Source: Candidatus Obscuribacterales bacterium (GTDB taxonomy: Bacteria > Cyanobacteriota > Vampirovibrionia > Obscuribacterales > Obscuribacteraceae). Taken from it: 64,000 nucleotides of DNA. Shown one piece after another: positions 38,779 to 48,593 of the stretch. The translations under genes and the position numbers were made by a program. The notes beneath the pieces are model-generated. The model made no database searches. It saw nothing but the letters and a program-made list of their open reading frames with translations, and had not been told where the DNA came from. Numbering within the stretch: position 1 is the first letter of the stretch; the number at the start of each line of letters is the position of its first letter. The stretch covers positions 2,880,001 through 2,944,000 of the forward strand of contig CBDDIJ010000003.1 in assembly GCA_965228855.1 (NCBI GenBank), in the 5' to 3' direction.

Positions 38779-39918
38779 CTAGGCTTTAGCGCCAACCGGT
38801 TTCTTACTGACCTTATTTGCGGCCTCGACTGCTGCCTTCACGGCAGTCTCGATGTCCGGAATAAGTTTCAAACCGGATTCAGCAAGAATTTTTTCTGCCA
38901 GATCCTGGTTGTTGCCTCTGAGACGAACCACGAGAGTGCGCTCAGGATATTTCTTGATAAACGAAACAAGCGCTTTTGCCACTTCATCGCAGGCGGTGAT
39001 GCCACCGAGGATGTTGAGCAGCATGACGTCGCATTCAGGGTTGCTGTTTACTATTTCGAGCGCTTCAAGAGTTTTTTCAGTGTCGGAACCGCCGCCGACA
39101 TCGAGGAAGTTGCCGGGCTCGCCGCCGAACTTCTTGACCATGTCCATCGTGGCCATCGTCAATCCAGCGCCATTGCAAAGGATTCCGATGTTGCCGTCGA
39201 GTTCGACCAGGTTCAATCCGATCATTTTGCAACGGCGTTCACGCTCGCTGACGTCGAGGAGGTGGCGTTCTTGCCAGCCGTCGAAGTAGCGTTGGCGACC
39301 GATCGAGTCGTCGTTGACGGTAATTTTGCCGTCCAGCGCCAGAACCTCTTCGCCTTCGGTTACGAGAAGCGGGTTGATTTCAGCAAGATCGAGATCTTTC
39401 GATTCGAAGATTTTGTACAGCTTGGTGGCGACGTCGGCGACTTTAACCAGAAGGTTGCCTTTGAAACCAAGTTGTCTAGCCAATTCACGACCGACATACG
39501 GATGATAGGGATTTGGAATCGGCATCGTGATTACTTTGTCGGACGATTCGATTTCGATACCACCTTCAGCCGAAGCGATGAAAATGGGGCAGCCGCGCTC
39601 ACGGTCAAGGGTGACTGCAAGGTAAAGTTCTCTATGGATGTTCAGCTTGGGTTCGACCAACAAGCTTTCCGTCTTAGAACCCTTGATTACCATTTTAAGG
39701 AGCTCAGCAGCTTTCTCCTTGCCTTCCTTCAGGTTGTTGGCGAATTGAATACCGCCAGCCTTACCACGACCGCCTGAAAGTACCTGGACTTTCAAAGTGA
39801 CCGGAAAACCGAAGTGCACTTTGGCGAGCTCTTCCGGTTTTGTGATTCTGTGGGACGGAGGTACTGTAATGCCCCCTTCCGAGAAAATTTTCTTTGCTTC
39901 GTACTCGTACAGATCCAA
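38779..39918 (-). CDS. sucC: Succinyl-CoA ligase beta subunit
   Basis: LYEYEAK, GGRGKAGG, EINPL, NGAGL.MATMD and NFLDVGGG motifs. TTG start follows AGGA. Confidence 0.96.
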   Translation of the reverse strand: MDLYEYEAKKIFSEGGITVPPSHRITKPEELAKVHFGFPVTLKVQVLSGGRGKAGGIQFANNLKEGKEKAAELLKMVIKGSKTESLLVEPKLNIHRELYLAVTLDRERGCPIFIASAEGGIEIESSDKVITMPIPNPYHPYVGRELARQLGFKGNLLVKVADVATKLYKIFESKDLDLAEINPLLVTEGEEVLALDGKITVNDDSIGRQRYFDGWQERHLLDVSERERRCKMIGLNLVELDGNIGILCNGAGLTMATMDMVKKFGGEPGNFLDVGGGSDTEKTLEALEIVNSNPECDVMLLNILGGITACDEVAKALVSFIKKYPERTLVVRLRGNNQDLAEKILAESGLKLIPDIETAVKAAVEAANKVSKKPVGAKA

Positions 39919-40303
39919 TGTCCTGTCCTCTTGTGTGAAACCGTTGACGGCGGTCGACGCCGCCACAGACGAAATACTTTAATGGAAATGAGACTCAGAG
40001 CCTTGAAACTTTTGGAAAACAGTAATGTTTCATGTGGCAAATCGAAACTTATGCGGCAAGCGGGCGTATAGCATCACAATTCGTTTCCGCTTTCGTAATA
40101 ATGCGGAACTATCGACTCAAGCCACGAGGCAAGCCAAGTATACTGGTCTGGACGCGAAGCAAAGTCCACTGACGATGCGGCTTGGTCGCATTTCAGCCTT
40201 CTGTAACTTTGCGCGGACGCTTTCAACTTCGAAATACTAAGAGCCAGCAAGCCCTTGGCTTCCGGAACATCATCACAAACGACTTTTGAGAGGCAAAACA
40301 GTT

Positions 40304-41335
40304 ATGCGCATTGGACTCCTTACTGGCGGCGGCGATTGCCCCGGTTTGAATGCGGTGATAAGAGCAGTCGTGCGACACAGCATCAAAGGATATAGTTCCG
40401 AAGTCGTTGGATTTCTAGAGGGCTGGCGAGGGCCGGTAGACAACCTGAGTATGCCGCTTACGCTGAGAACGACCGATTCGATCATTAACAGAGGCGGCAC
40501 CATTCTCAGAACATCGCGCACAAACCCATTCAAGATGGACCGCGGCGCAGAGCGCATATTCGAGAACATGGAGCGCCACAACCTGGGAGCGATTATCGCA
40601 GTCGGCGGCGAGGAGACCTGCAGCGTTGCCAACAAACTCCACAAAGAACACAATCTTCCAGTAGTAGCCGTTCCCAAGACAATCGACAATGATTTGAACG
40701 CCACCGACTTCTCCTTCGGCTTTGATACGGCTGTGAACGTCGTGGCCGAGGCCATCGACCGCCTTCACACAACTGCCGAATCACATAATCGCGTCCTCGT
40801 TTGCGAAGTGATGGGCAGACACGCCGGATGGATCGCCTGCTATGGCGGTATCGCAGGTGGTGCGGATTTCATTCTTGTTCCAGAAAAACCGATTGTAATA
40901 CCGGAAGTAATCGAAGCTATCAAAAAGTCACACGCCCGTGGAAGAGACTACTCAATCGTGGTGGTCGCGGAAGGAGCGCGGTTTGATTCAGACAAACCGG
41001 CCGCCGATTCGGAAGAGGAGAACGGAAGCCGCTCCAACGGTTTTAACGGCATAGGTGAAAGGCTTGCCAAAATTATCAATGAGGAAACCGGCTACGAGAC
41101 TCGCGCAACAACGCTCGGTCACATTCAGCGCGGAGGCTCGCCAACAGCCTTCGACCGAGTACTTGCCACCAGATTTGGTGTTCATGCCGTGGACCTGGTT
41201 CACCAGGGCAAATTCGGTCGCATGGTAGCACTTCATGGCGGCGAAATCACGGACGTGCCGGTTGAGGACGCGGTCGATAAGCTGAAAACACTGGACCTTG
41301 GTCTCTACAAGGTCGCAGAAGTTTTCTTCGGCTAA
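40304..41335 (+). CDS. pfkA: 6-phosphofructokinase (actinomycete-like group III type)
   Basis: TGGGDCPGLN, GGTIL.TSR, PKTIDND, EVMGRHAGW and LGHIQRGG motifs. Confidence 0.95.
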   Translation: MRIGLLTGGGDCPGLNAVIRAVVRHSIKGYSSEVVGFLEGWRGPVDNLSMPLTLRTTDSIINRGGTILRTSRTNPFKMDRGAERIFENMERHNLGAIIAVGGEETCSVANKLHKEHNLPVVAVPKTIDNDLNATDFSFGFDTAVNVVAEAIDRLHTTAESHNRVLVCEVMGRHAGWIACYGGIAGGADFILVPEKPIVIPEVIEAIKKSHARGRDYSIVVVAEGARFDSDKPAADSEEENGSRSNGFNGIGERLAKIINEETGYETRATTLGHIQRGGSPTAFDRVLATRFGVHAVDLVHQGKFGRMVALHGGEITDVPVEDAVDKLKTLDLGLYKVAEVFFG

Positions 41336-41352
41336 AAACTTTTACTCAACTC

Positions 41353-42459
41353 ATGGCAGAACTTTCAGCAGACGAGAAATTCATGAAACAGTGCTTCAGT
41401 CTAGCGCTGAAGGCTGAAGGTAGAACGGCGCCCAATCCGATTGTCGGCGCGGTCGTTGTTCAATCTGATGGAACCGTAGTCGGCAGCGGATATCATCCAA
41501 AACACGGCCAGCCGCATGCCGAAGTCTTCGCCCTCGACGAAGCCGGCGACCGAGCTCAGGGTGCCACGATATATGTAAGTCTCGAGCCATGCTGCCATCA
41601 TGGCAAAACACCGCCATGCACCGACAAGGTCATCGCCAGCGGTGTCAAGAAAGTTGTCGCGGCAATGACCGATCCCAATCCGAAGGTCGGCGGTAATGGT
41701 TTCGAAAAGCTTCGCGCTGCCGGAATCGAAGTTGTTACTGGTGTTTTGGAACAAGAGGCGCAGTGGTTGAACCGCGCTTTTGTGAAGACGATTAGAACGG
41801 GCATGCCATGGGTCGTGCTAAAAATTGCAGCGACTCTTGATGGAAAAATTGCCGATCGGACCAACACAAGCAAATGGATAACCGGTCCGGAAGCGCGTCA
41901 TTATGTGCATGAATTGAGAAACAGACTGGACTGTGTCCTTGTCGGAAGCAATACGGCAAGAATTGATAATCCCGAATTGAACGTGCGCGAATTGAATGAG
42001 TTTCGCCATCCTAAACGGGCTGTGATAGACACCAATCTGAGTTTGAAACCAACGGCGCGCTTATTCGACAGCAGCACCGGAGGCGATACCATTGTTTACT
42101 GTTCCGACCGTACAGAAACTCAAGCCAAACTTCCGGACTCCGTACAGGTGGTTTCGCTCCGCGAAACTTCCAGCGACGGCTGCAACCGATTGGACCTGCA
42201 AGAATTACTCAAAGACCTGCGCACTCGGGGCGTTTCATCAGTATTGTGCGAAGGTGGCGGCGCCCTCGCCGGCAGTCTTGTGGACCAAGATCTTGTGGAC
42301 GAGATAATTTGGATTGTCGCCCCTTCAATTCTTGGAGACGTCGAATCGGTCCCGGGCATCCGCATTGAGAAACAGATTGCTCTGGCAAACATGAAGCGCT
42401 ACCGCTTGATTGAATCCATTCGCCTCGGAGACGACATGGCAATTCACTTAACGCGCTAA
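41353..42459 (+). CDS. ribD: Bifunctional riboflavin biosynthesis deaminase/reductase
   Basis: PNP.VG, HAE, LEPCCHHGKTPPC, LDGKIA..SKWIT and EGG motifs. Confidence 0.97.
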   Translation: MAELSADEKFMKQCFSLALKAEGRTAPNPIVGAVVVQSDGTVVGSGYHPKHGQPHAEVFALDEAGDRAQGATIYVSLEPCCHHGKTPPCTDKVIASGVKKVVAAMTDPNPKVGGNGFEKLRAAGIEVVTGVLEQEAQWLNRAFVKTIRTGMPWVVLKIAATLDGKIADRTNTSKWITGPEARHYVHELRNRLDCVLVGSNTARIDNPELNVRELNEFRHPKRAVIDTNLSLKPTARLFDSSTGGDTIVYCSDRTETQAKLPDSVQVVSLRETSSDGCNRLDLQELLKDLRTRGVSSVLCEGGGALAGSLVDQDLVDEIIWIVAPSILGDVESVPGIRIEKQIALANMKRYRLIESIRLGDDMAIHLTR

Positions 42460-42660
42460 TAAGAAGTCGCCACGATTTCGATATCGGACGAAAGTTTCGA
42501 TTGAGAATTCGATGTGTTTTTTCTAAGAAACGGCTTGTCGAGGCCGGCACTTGATAATTCGATTCGACTCGTGACATCCACGGGACAATACCCAAATCAG
42601 TTGCTATAGTTGCTAACTCGATATCTACACCAGCCGTTGAACCACCAGGGGTAAGGCAAA

Positions 42661-42855
42661 GTGGCACTGACAGACCATCGAATCAAAACCAACAAACGCG
42701 GCGAACACGTCGTCGCGTTCAGCACCGACAAAAACGAATTCATCGCGCCGTCAAACTATGAAGAGCGCCTGGCTTGGATTCGTTCGTCCTTCGACTCCTT
42801 TTACAACGTAGTAAAAGAGAAAGAAGCGGTTCGCGAGTTTTGTAATAAAGCTTAG
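42661..42855 (+). CDS. Small (64 aa) hypothetical protein
   Basis: GTG start after GGGGTAAGG; extended -10 TGcTATAGT near 42602-42610; fills the ribD-miaB gap. Confidence 0.55.
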   Translation: MALTDHRIKTNKRGEHVVAFSTDKNEFIAPSNYEERLAWIRSSFDSFYNVVKEKEAVREFCNKA

Positions 42856-42943
42856 ATGCTCTCTCGACATCTAGTAAACTAATTTCAGCACCAGCTGCCG
42901 GCGCTGTCGTTTCGGTCCTCTTCGGACCGCGGAGATTACCTAG

Positions 42944-44314
42944 ATGTCCACAACCCAAATCGAAAAACGCCAAAGCAATCTCGACGCCGGAGAGCGTGGG
43001 TCGAAAACCGTGTATGTTCACACCTTCGGATGCCAGATGAACAAGGCCGATTCCGAGAACATGCTAGGGCTGCTCGATGAAATCGGATATAGACAGACCG
43101 ACGACGTCAAAGGCGCCGATCTCATGATTTTAAACACCTGCGCCATCCGCGAAGGTGCCGAAGACAAAGTCTACAGCTATCTTGGAGCCTGGAATAAGTT
43201 TAAACAAAAACGTCCTGGGACACTAATCGCAGTCGGTGGATGTGTCGCTCAAGATGAAGGCGAAAAGCTCGTTGCCAGAGCTCCGTACGTCGATATCGTC
43301 TTCGGTACGCACAATCTATTTCGTCTTCCTGAGCTCGTAACTAGAGCCCAGGAGACCAATCAGCACGTTGTCGAAGTGTTCCAGGAACTGCCGGAGGATC
43401 TACCGGAGTTACCGGTCATCCGCCAGAACGATTTCAGTGCCTGGGTTTCCGTAATCTATGGTTGCGATTACAACTGCACTTATTGCATCGTCCCGTACGT
43501 GCGCGGTCGCGAACGTAGTAGAACGCCGGATGAAGTGCTGAAAGAGATAGAGGAACTCGCTGACGCCGGCTACAAAGAAGTAACCCTGCTCGGTCAGAAT
43601 GTCACTGCATATGGTCACGATTTGAAACCGGTTCGCCACCTCGGTCATCTGATCGAGATGGTTGGAGAACTTGATTCGATAAAGAGAATCCGCTTCCTGA
43701 CCGGGCATCCACGCGATCTCAATCCTGAAATTATCGATTCGGTAAAGAGAACACCGAGTGCTTGCGAGTATTTTCACATCCCCGTTCAAGCTGGAGATGA
43801 CCGCACCTTACGCCGCATGGCGCGTGGCTATACGATTGATTTTTATCGAAAGAAAATCGACGAGATTCGCTCTCGAATTCCTGATGCCGCCATTACTTCC
43901 GATTTGATCGTCGGCTTCCCTGGCGAGACAGAGGAGGAATTCCTCAACACGGTCCGCCTCGTCGAAGAAATGTGTTTTGACGCCTGCAATACGGCAGCAT
44001 ATTCGCCAAGACCGCACACTCCGTCTAAAAGCTGGGGAGAGCAAGTACCCGAAGACGTGAAGTTTGAACGGCTGCGCCTGCTCAACACGGTCGTAAGTGA
44101 AGTAAGTCATCGGCGAAATAAACGGTACCTCGGACAGACGGTCGAGCTACTAGTTGAAGGCCTGAGCCAACGCAATGACGAGCGCTTGATGGGTCGCACT
44201 CGCAGCAACAAGGTCGTGCACTTCGAGGGGCCGGTAGAACTGACCGGAAAACTCGTCAACGTGAAAATCGAAGCTGCAAATCCCTGGGCGCTTCGCGGCA
44301 CACTCGCTACCTAA
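42944..44314 (+). CDS. miaB: tRNA-2-methylthio-N6-dimethylallyladenosine synthase
   Basis: TFGCQMN, NTCAIRE, radical SAM CDYNCTYC, IVGFPGET and a C-terminal TRAM domain. Confidence 0.97.
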   Translation: MSTTQIEKRQSNLDAGERGSKTVYVHTFGCQMNKADSENMLGLLDEIGYRQTDDVKGADLMILNTCAIREGAEDKVYSYLGAWNKFKQKRPGTLIAVGGCVAQDEGEKLVARAPYVDIVFGTHNLFRLPELVTRAQETNQHVVEVFQELPEDLPELPVIRQNDFSAWVSVIYGCDYNCTYCIVPYVRGRERSRTPDEVLKEIEELADAGYKEVTLLGQNVTAYGHDLKPVRHLGHLIEMVGELDSIKRIRFLTGHPRDLNPEIIDSVKRTPSACEYFHIPVQAGDDRTLRRMARGYTIDFYRKKIDEIRSRIPDAAITSDLIVGFPGETEEEFLNTVRLVEEMCFDACNTAAYSPRPHTPSKSWGEQVPEDVKFERLRLLNTVVSEVSHRRNKRYLGQTVELLVEGLSQRNDERLMGRTRSNKVVHFEGPVELTGKLVNVKIEAANPWALRGTLAT

Positions 44315-44679
44315 GACTGTGCGATGCGCTGACGCAGCATTCTGAAATACTCTTGAATGTCGGCGCGCGAGATGCCATCGGATTTCTTGCAGTCCCACTC
44401 TTCGTCGTAGGACTCAGCGATGTCGGCTATCCGCCGCAGCATGAAGCAGATAAACGATTTTTCTCGCCATTTGTACACACCACTAGCCATCGCTTCAGAA
44501 AGCTCACCCTTCGAAAGGAAACCATCGCTGTCCTTGTCTAGCTTATCGAAACATTCGTAGGCGAATGTCTTCACCTCATCAAGCGTGTCGGCGACCCTCA
44601 GACCACCCGATGAGCTTCCGGCATTGGGGTACATCCAGGCGCTCTCCGACGTCTCAGAATGGCTGTGAGGTCCGCTCAT
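44311..44679 (-). CDS. Small EF-hand protein
   Basis: FDKLDKDSDGFLSKGEL canonical EF loop plus a degenerate second loop (SDGISRADI). ATG at 44679 follows GAGGT. Confidence 0.75.
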   Translation of the reverse strand: MSGPHSHSETSESAWMYPNAGSSSGGLRVADTLDEVKTFAYECFDKLDKDSDGFLSKGELSEAMASGVYKWREKSFICFMLRRIADIAESYDEEWDCKKSDGISRADIQEYFRMLRQRIAQS

Positions 44680-44821
44680 ATTCGAATTTTGACCTCGCGC
44701 GACCACGTGAAGGCAATCAACTATAAAACTATGCCCCCTAAAGCTCTTTACATAAACAAGAAACCTGCCGAAGATAACGGTCATTGAGATTAGAATTGAA
44801 GGCTCACAAGGCTGGAATCTC

Positions 44822-45811
44822 ATGACGGCAATCGGCAACGATATCCAACAAGCAGCAAGACTCCTAAAGGAAGGCAACCTGGTTGCCATCCCGACTGAAA
44901 CCGTTTATGGACTTGCAGCAGACGCATCCAACAAAGAAGCGCTTCATAAACTATTCGACGCAAAAGGTCGTCCGAGAAATCATCCGGTTATCGTTCACAT
45001 CGCGTCCGCCGCGCAACTCTCCGACTGGGTCGCCGAGGTTCCACCCATTGCGAAGAAATTGGCCGAGAAATTTTGGCCTGGACCTCTGACCATGATTTTC
45101 AAGAAAAAGCATCACGTGCTGGACGACGTTACAGGCGGTCAGGACACCGTCGCGATTCGAGTTCCTAAGCACGATACGGCTCTGAAACTGTTGCAAGAGT
45201 TTGGCGGCGGTCTGGCTGCACCGTCAGCAAATCGTTTCGGAAAGCTTAGCCCGACTGAAGCTGCCGACGTCGCAAATGAGTTTCAAACCGAGGTGGCTTA
45301 CGTTCTCGATGGTGGCACATGCGATGTCGGCATTGAGTCTACGATTATCGATATGTCCGGAGACAAGCCTCGCGTGCTTCGTCCCGGGATGTTGAACTTA
45401 GATATGTTGAACGAAGTTGCTGGTTTGAACGCGACCCACAACAACGATGACGTCCCAAGCGTCAAAGCTCCTGGTACATTGAAAAGCCACTATTCACCGA
45501 TGACTCCAGTGATGCTTGTTGAAGGTGACGATTTGAAAACGGTTTTGCAAAAACTGAACGGTGCCGCAAAAACTGCAGCTGTTTTATCGTTCAAAGAAGA
45601 GGTTGTGAACGGAACCGACAAACAAACTGCATGGATAGCCGTTCCGAACGACCCCAAAGTTTACGCACGCCAACTTTATGGAAATTTGCGAAAACTAGAT
45701 ACTTTCAAATGCGATTGGATAATCGTAGAGCGAGTGCCGGACCACGACCAATGGTCAGGCATCAGAGATCGGTTACAGAGAGCGTCTTTCAGAGAGGACA
45801 ATCAGCAATGA
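44822..45811 (+). CDS. tsaC: Threonylcarbamoyl-AMP synthase (Sua5 type)
   Basis: PTETVYGL, KGRP..HP.IVH, APSAN, GIESTI and SUA5-domain PG....HYSP motifs. Confidence 0.95.
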   Translation: MTAIGNDIQQAARLLKEGNLVAIPTETVYGLAADASNKEALHKLFDAKGRPRNHPVIVHIASAAQLSDWVAEVPPIAKKLAEKFWPGPLTMIFKKKHHVLDDVTGGQDTVAIRVPKHDTALKLLQEFGGGLAAPSANRFGKLSPTEAADVANEFQTEVAYVLDGGTCDVGIESTIIDMSGDKPRVLRPGMLNLDMLNEVAGLNATHNNDDVPSVKAPGTLKSHYSPMTPVMLVEGDDLKTVLQKLNGAAKTAAVLSFKEEVVNGTDKQTAWIAVPNDPKVYARQLYGNLRKLDTFKCDWIIVERVPDHDQWSGIRDRLQRASFREDNQQ

Positions 45812-46434
45812 CTACGCCAGTAATGGAACTTCTGCGTGATTCGACCGCGGAATTGCACACGTCGGCAGAAGCTAACGAATTCCAGCATCAGCTAGGCTCG
45901 GGGAAAGTCGACAAGAAGCATTTCAGCCGCTATCTGGAACAGCTCTATTTGATGCACAAGCGACTCGCCGATTTGCTCAACGAGTCAAAGCCGGCTAACC
46001 ATGCAGTCAATCATGTCGTCAAAGACTATCACCTCGACCTATCCTGCCTGAGCAAAGATCTTGCTTACTTCGGTCAAAAACCGGACGGTGCCTCGCCGTT
46101 AAAAGCGACAGCGAAGCTCATGGATTCGATGAAATCCACCGCCCAGAATGACACGGCAGCACTGCTCGGTTATCTTTACGTCCTCGAAGGCAGCACCAAC
46201 GGCGCTAAATTCATGGCAAAAGCATTACGAGCAGGACTCGAATTGCCGGAAGAAGCCGGGGCTTCGTACTTCGACCGTTACGGCGATGCTCAACGTGAGC
46301 GCTGGACCGCGTTTAAAACATCCATGAACGAATTGGATTTCAGCGAGAAAGAGCGCGATTCGCTAGTCACAAGAGCAAAAGAAATTTTCCACAGCTTTGG
46401 CGAAATAGGCACCGAGCTGCTGTCCGAGAATTAA
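45808..46434 (+). CDS. Biliverdin-producing heme oxygenase (BphO/HemO-like)
   Basis: Proximal His in LRDSTAELH; distal-helix motif YVLEGSTNG; ATGA overlap with tsaC. Confidence 0.88.
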   Translation: MTTPVMELLRDSTAELHTSAEANEFQHQLGSGKVDKKHFSRYLEQLYLMHKRLADLLNESKPANHAVNHVVKDYHLDLSCLSKDLAYFGQKPDGASPLKATAKLMDSMKSTAQNDTAALLGYLYVLEGSTNGAKFMAKALRAGLELPEEAGASYFDRYGDAQRERWTAFKTSMNELDFSEKERDSLVTRAKEIFHSFGEIGTELLSEN

Positions 46435-46562
46435 TCGCAGCATTCAAGCACTGCTGCTCACGCGGGTTAACGAGACTATCCAGAGGGAATAAGTTTCGTG
46501 TGTATAACCCGGCCGTTTGGCACAATTTTGGGCAACTCAACATGCTAAGAAAAGGCACTGGA

Positions 46563-48167
46563 ATGGCGAAGATCCTGCAGCAACTTCCTGCAGCGCCAGG
46601 CTTATCCGAGATTCACCACTTCCTGTCTCAAGCAATGGAGCGAAGAGGCAGACAGGTCGTAATTTCATGGGCGACGCCCGATAAATTAGTGGAGTTTTCC
46701 CTCGAAATACAATGTCCGATAAAAGGCGGGGATACGGAATGGAAGCTGTTTAGCGGAAAAGATCGCGAGAGAAAACTCTTGTGGGAGTACAAGACCTGCG
46801 ACGTCCTCCTTGTCTACAATCTTATCGTTTCCTCCTCCGGAGAGATTCATCACGCCGTACAGATTGACGGAACGATGCTGACTTCGGAGGCTTTCCGCGA
46901 CCAATCGCGAAAACGCGACACTTACTACATGCAGGCTATGCAAACTCACGAAGTCGACATCGCACGTTTATCGCAACTTGGTTTAAAAGATAACTCGTGG
47001 TCGCGAGGCACGGCCGAACATACTGGTGATCTCTCGATTGTTCAAATCAGTTCACTGCTTCAATCACTTCTGATTGCGAAACTGACTGGCTGTCTCGAAA
47101 TCAACAAGAGCAACGAAAAGGCCAGAATCTTCTTCGTGGACGGAGAGCCGACTTACGCGGATATCGCCGCCGGACGCATAACCGGCGACGAATGTATTTT
47201 GGAAATAGTTACCTGGCGCGAAGGCAAGTACGAATTTATTCAACGGCAGAGAACGGAACATAAGAACGTTAAAACCAGCCTGGAGACTCTGGTTCTCCAA
47301 GGTGTCAAACTCAAGGATCAAACTAATTATTTGAAAAACGCCGGGCTTGGTCCGGACTCGGTTCTCGTTCAAAAGTATCTGAACATCACGCAGCCCGAAT
47401 TCGACGCCCGCACCACAGCTGGTGCGCCGGTGGCACTTCAAGTTCTTCGAAGCATCTATGTCACGATTGATTCGGAGAGCACGCTGAAAACAATCGCCAC
47501 TCGTTTACACCTCCCGCAAAGTGTCTGGGTGCCGGCAATTATTCACTTGTTGGAACTGGACCTTATAGGTTTCACAAATCCGGAACAGAACAAATCGGCT
47601 CCACCTGAGAATTTGATACCGAAAAGCATCGATCCCACACTCATTCACTCGGTGATGATGGGATTGCGACGCCCGGAAACAGGGATGTTTACCTATCCAG
47701 CGTTTCTCTACTTTCTGGAACAAGAATATTTCCGCGGTTACCGTGCCGGTAGCCCGCTATGCGTAATGGTCATGGAAATGCGCGTCGTCAAAGGTCCGCC
47801 GAACTTCGAGCGTGAGCCACTGGATGTGGTGGCAGTCGCGGAAGTCTTCAGACGAATCAGTGCGTTAAAGCGACACATCGATCTGGTTGCTCACTACGAA
47901 TCGTACGATTATGCAATGATTCTTCCGAATACGAAAAGTTCAGGCGCAAATGTATTTGCTCAACGCATCGTGAACTCTCTGCTCAGCACTCCATTGCCAG
48001 GCGTGCAACACGGCAAACTATCATTGTCCTTCGGCGTCGCCTGCATTCCTGAGGACTGCACGGATCTGTCCTACGTTCTGGCAGCCGCAGAGGCCGCCAA
48101 AGCTCAAGCGATTCTACTTGCAGCGCCAGTCATCCTGTTCCGAGATATCCGCCCGGGCGCCGAGTAA
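46563..48167 (+). CDS. DUF4388 (PatA-N-like) plus degenerate GGDEF domain protein
   Basis: GDLS....SSLLQ...KLTGCLEI...IFFVDG...W.EGKYEF (DUF4388); PETGMFT...DLVAHYESYDYAMILP...LSFGVA (GGDEF fold with the motif lost). Confidence 0.82.
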   Translation: MAKILQQLPAAPGLSEIHHFLSQAMERRGRQVVISWATPDKLVEFSLEIQCPIKGGDTEWKLFSGKDRERKLLWEYKTCDVLLVYNLIVSSSGEIHHAVQIDGTMLTSEAFRDQSRKRDTYYMQAMQTHEVDIARLSQLGLKDNSWSRGTAEHTGDLSIVQISSLLQSLLIAKLTGCLEINKSNEKARIFFVDGEPTYADIAAGRITGDECILEIVTWREGKYEFIQRQRTEHKNVKTSLETLVLQGVKLKDQTNYLKNAGLGPDSVLVQKYLNITQPEFDARTTAGAPVALQVLRSIYVTIDSESTLKTIATRLHLPQSVWVPAIIHLLELDLIGFTNPEQNKSAPPENLIPKSIDPTLIHSVMMGLRRPETGMFTYPAFLYFLEQEYFRGYRAGSPLCVMVMEMRVVKGPPNFEREPLDVVAVAEVFRRISALKRHIDLVAHYESYDYAMILPNTKSSGANVFAQRIVNSLLSTPLPGVQHGKLSLSFGVACIPEDCTDLSYVLAAAEAAKAQAILLAAPVILFRDIRPGAE

Positions 48168-48210
48168 AATCTCTACCTAATGGGCGAGAACGTTGACACG
48201 AAATCGAGAG

Positions 48211-48510
48211 TTACTTCAGTGCATCAAATATTCTATTGAATGTGCTGATTAGCATGAATGCGGCAAACATGAGGAAGCAGCAACCAAGCACTGCAAAAAC
48301 TATCATCGCCTTGCCGGCGTTTCGCAGATACTTCTTGAGAAAACTTTCCTTGCTGTCTACAGGAGCGGAAGGTCTCCCTGCCGATTGAGCTTTAGGCTCA
48401 GGCAAGTGAAGATCAGGCGTCTCACCTACGTGTATTTCGACAGGCACCGCATCCGGTGGCGCTGCCGGCGGCAACTCACGTTCTTCACCTGGATCATTCT
48501 GTTGAGTCAT
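48211..48510 (-). CDS. Small Pro-rich single-TM protein
   Basis: ATG after GAGG; C-terminal hydrophobic helix. Confidence 0.6.
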   Translation of the reverse strand: MTQQNDPGEERELPPAAPPDAVPVEIHVGETPDLHLPEPKAQSAGRPSAPVDSKESFLKKYLRNAGKAMIVFAVLGCCFLMFAAFMLISTFNRIFDALK

Positions 48511-48593
48511 GACATAACCTCGGGCGAGTCGCAAGATTTGAAACGGTTTCTAAAAATCTGATCGTGATTTCGGTTGTACTTAAACACGATAAT

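Noticed and set aside
37918..39777. 619-aa plus-strand ORF
   Set aside because: It lies antisense to sucD/sucC and has no motifs. It is a shadow ORF from codon bias, like the many ORFs antisense to the giant gene.
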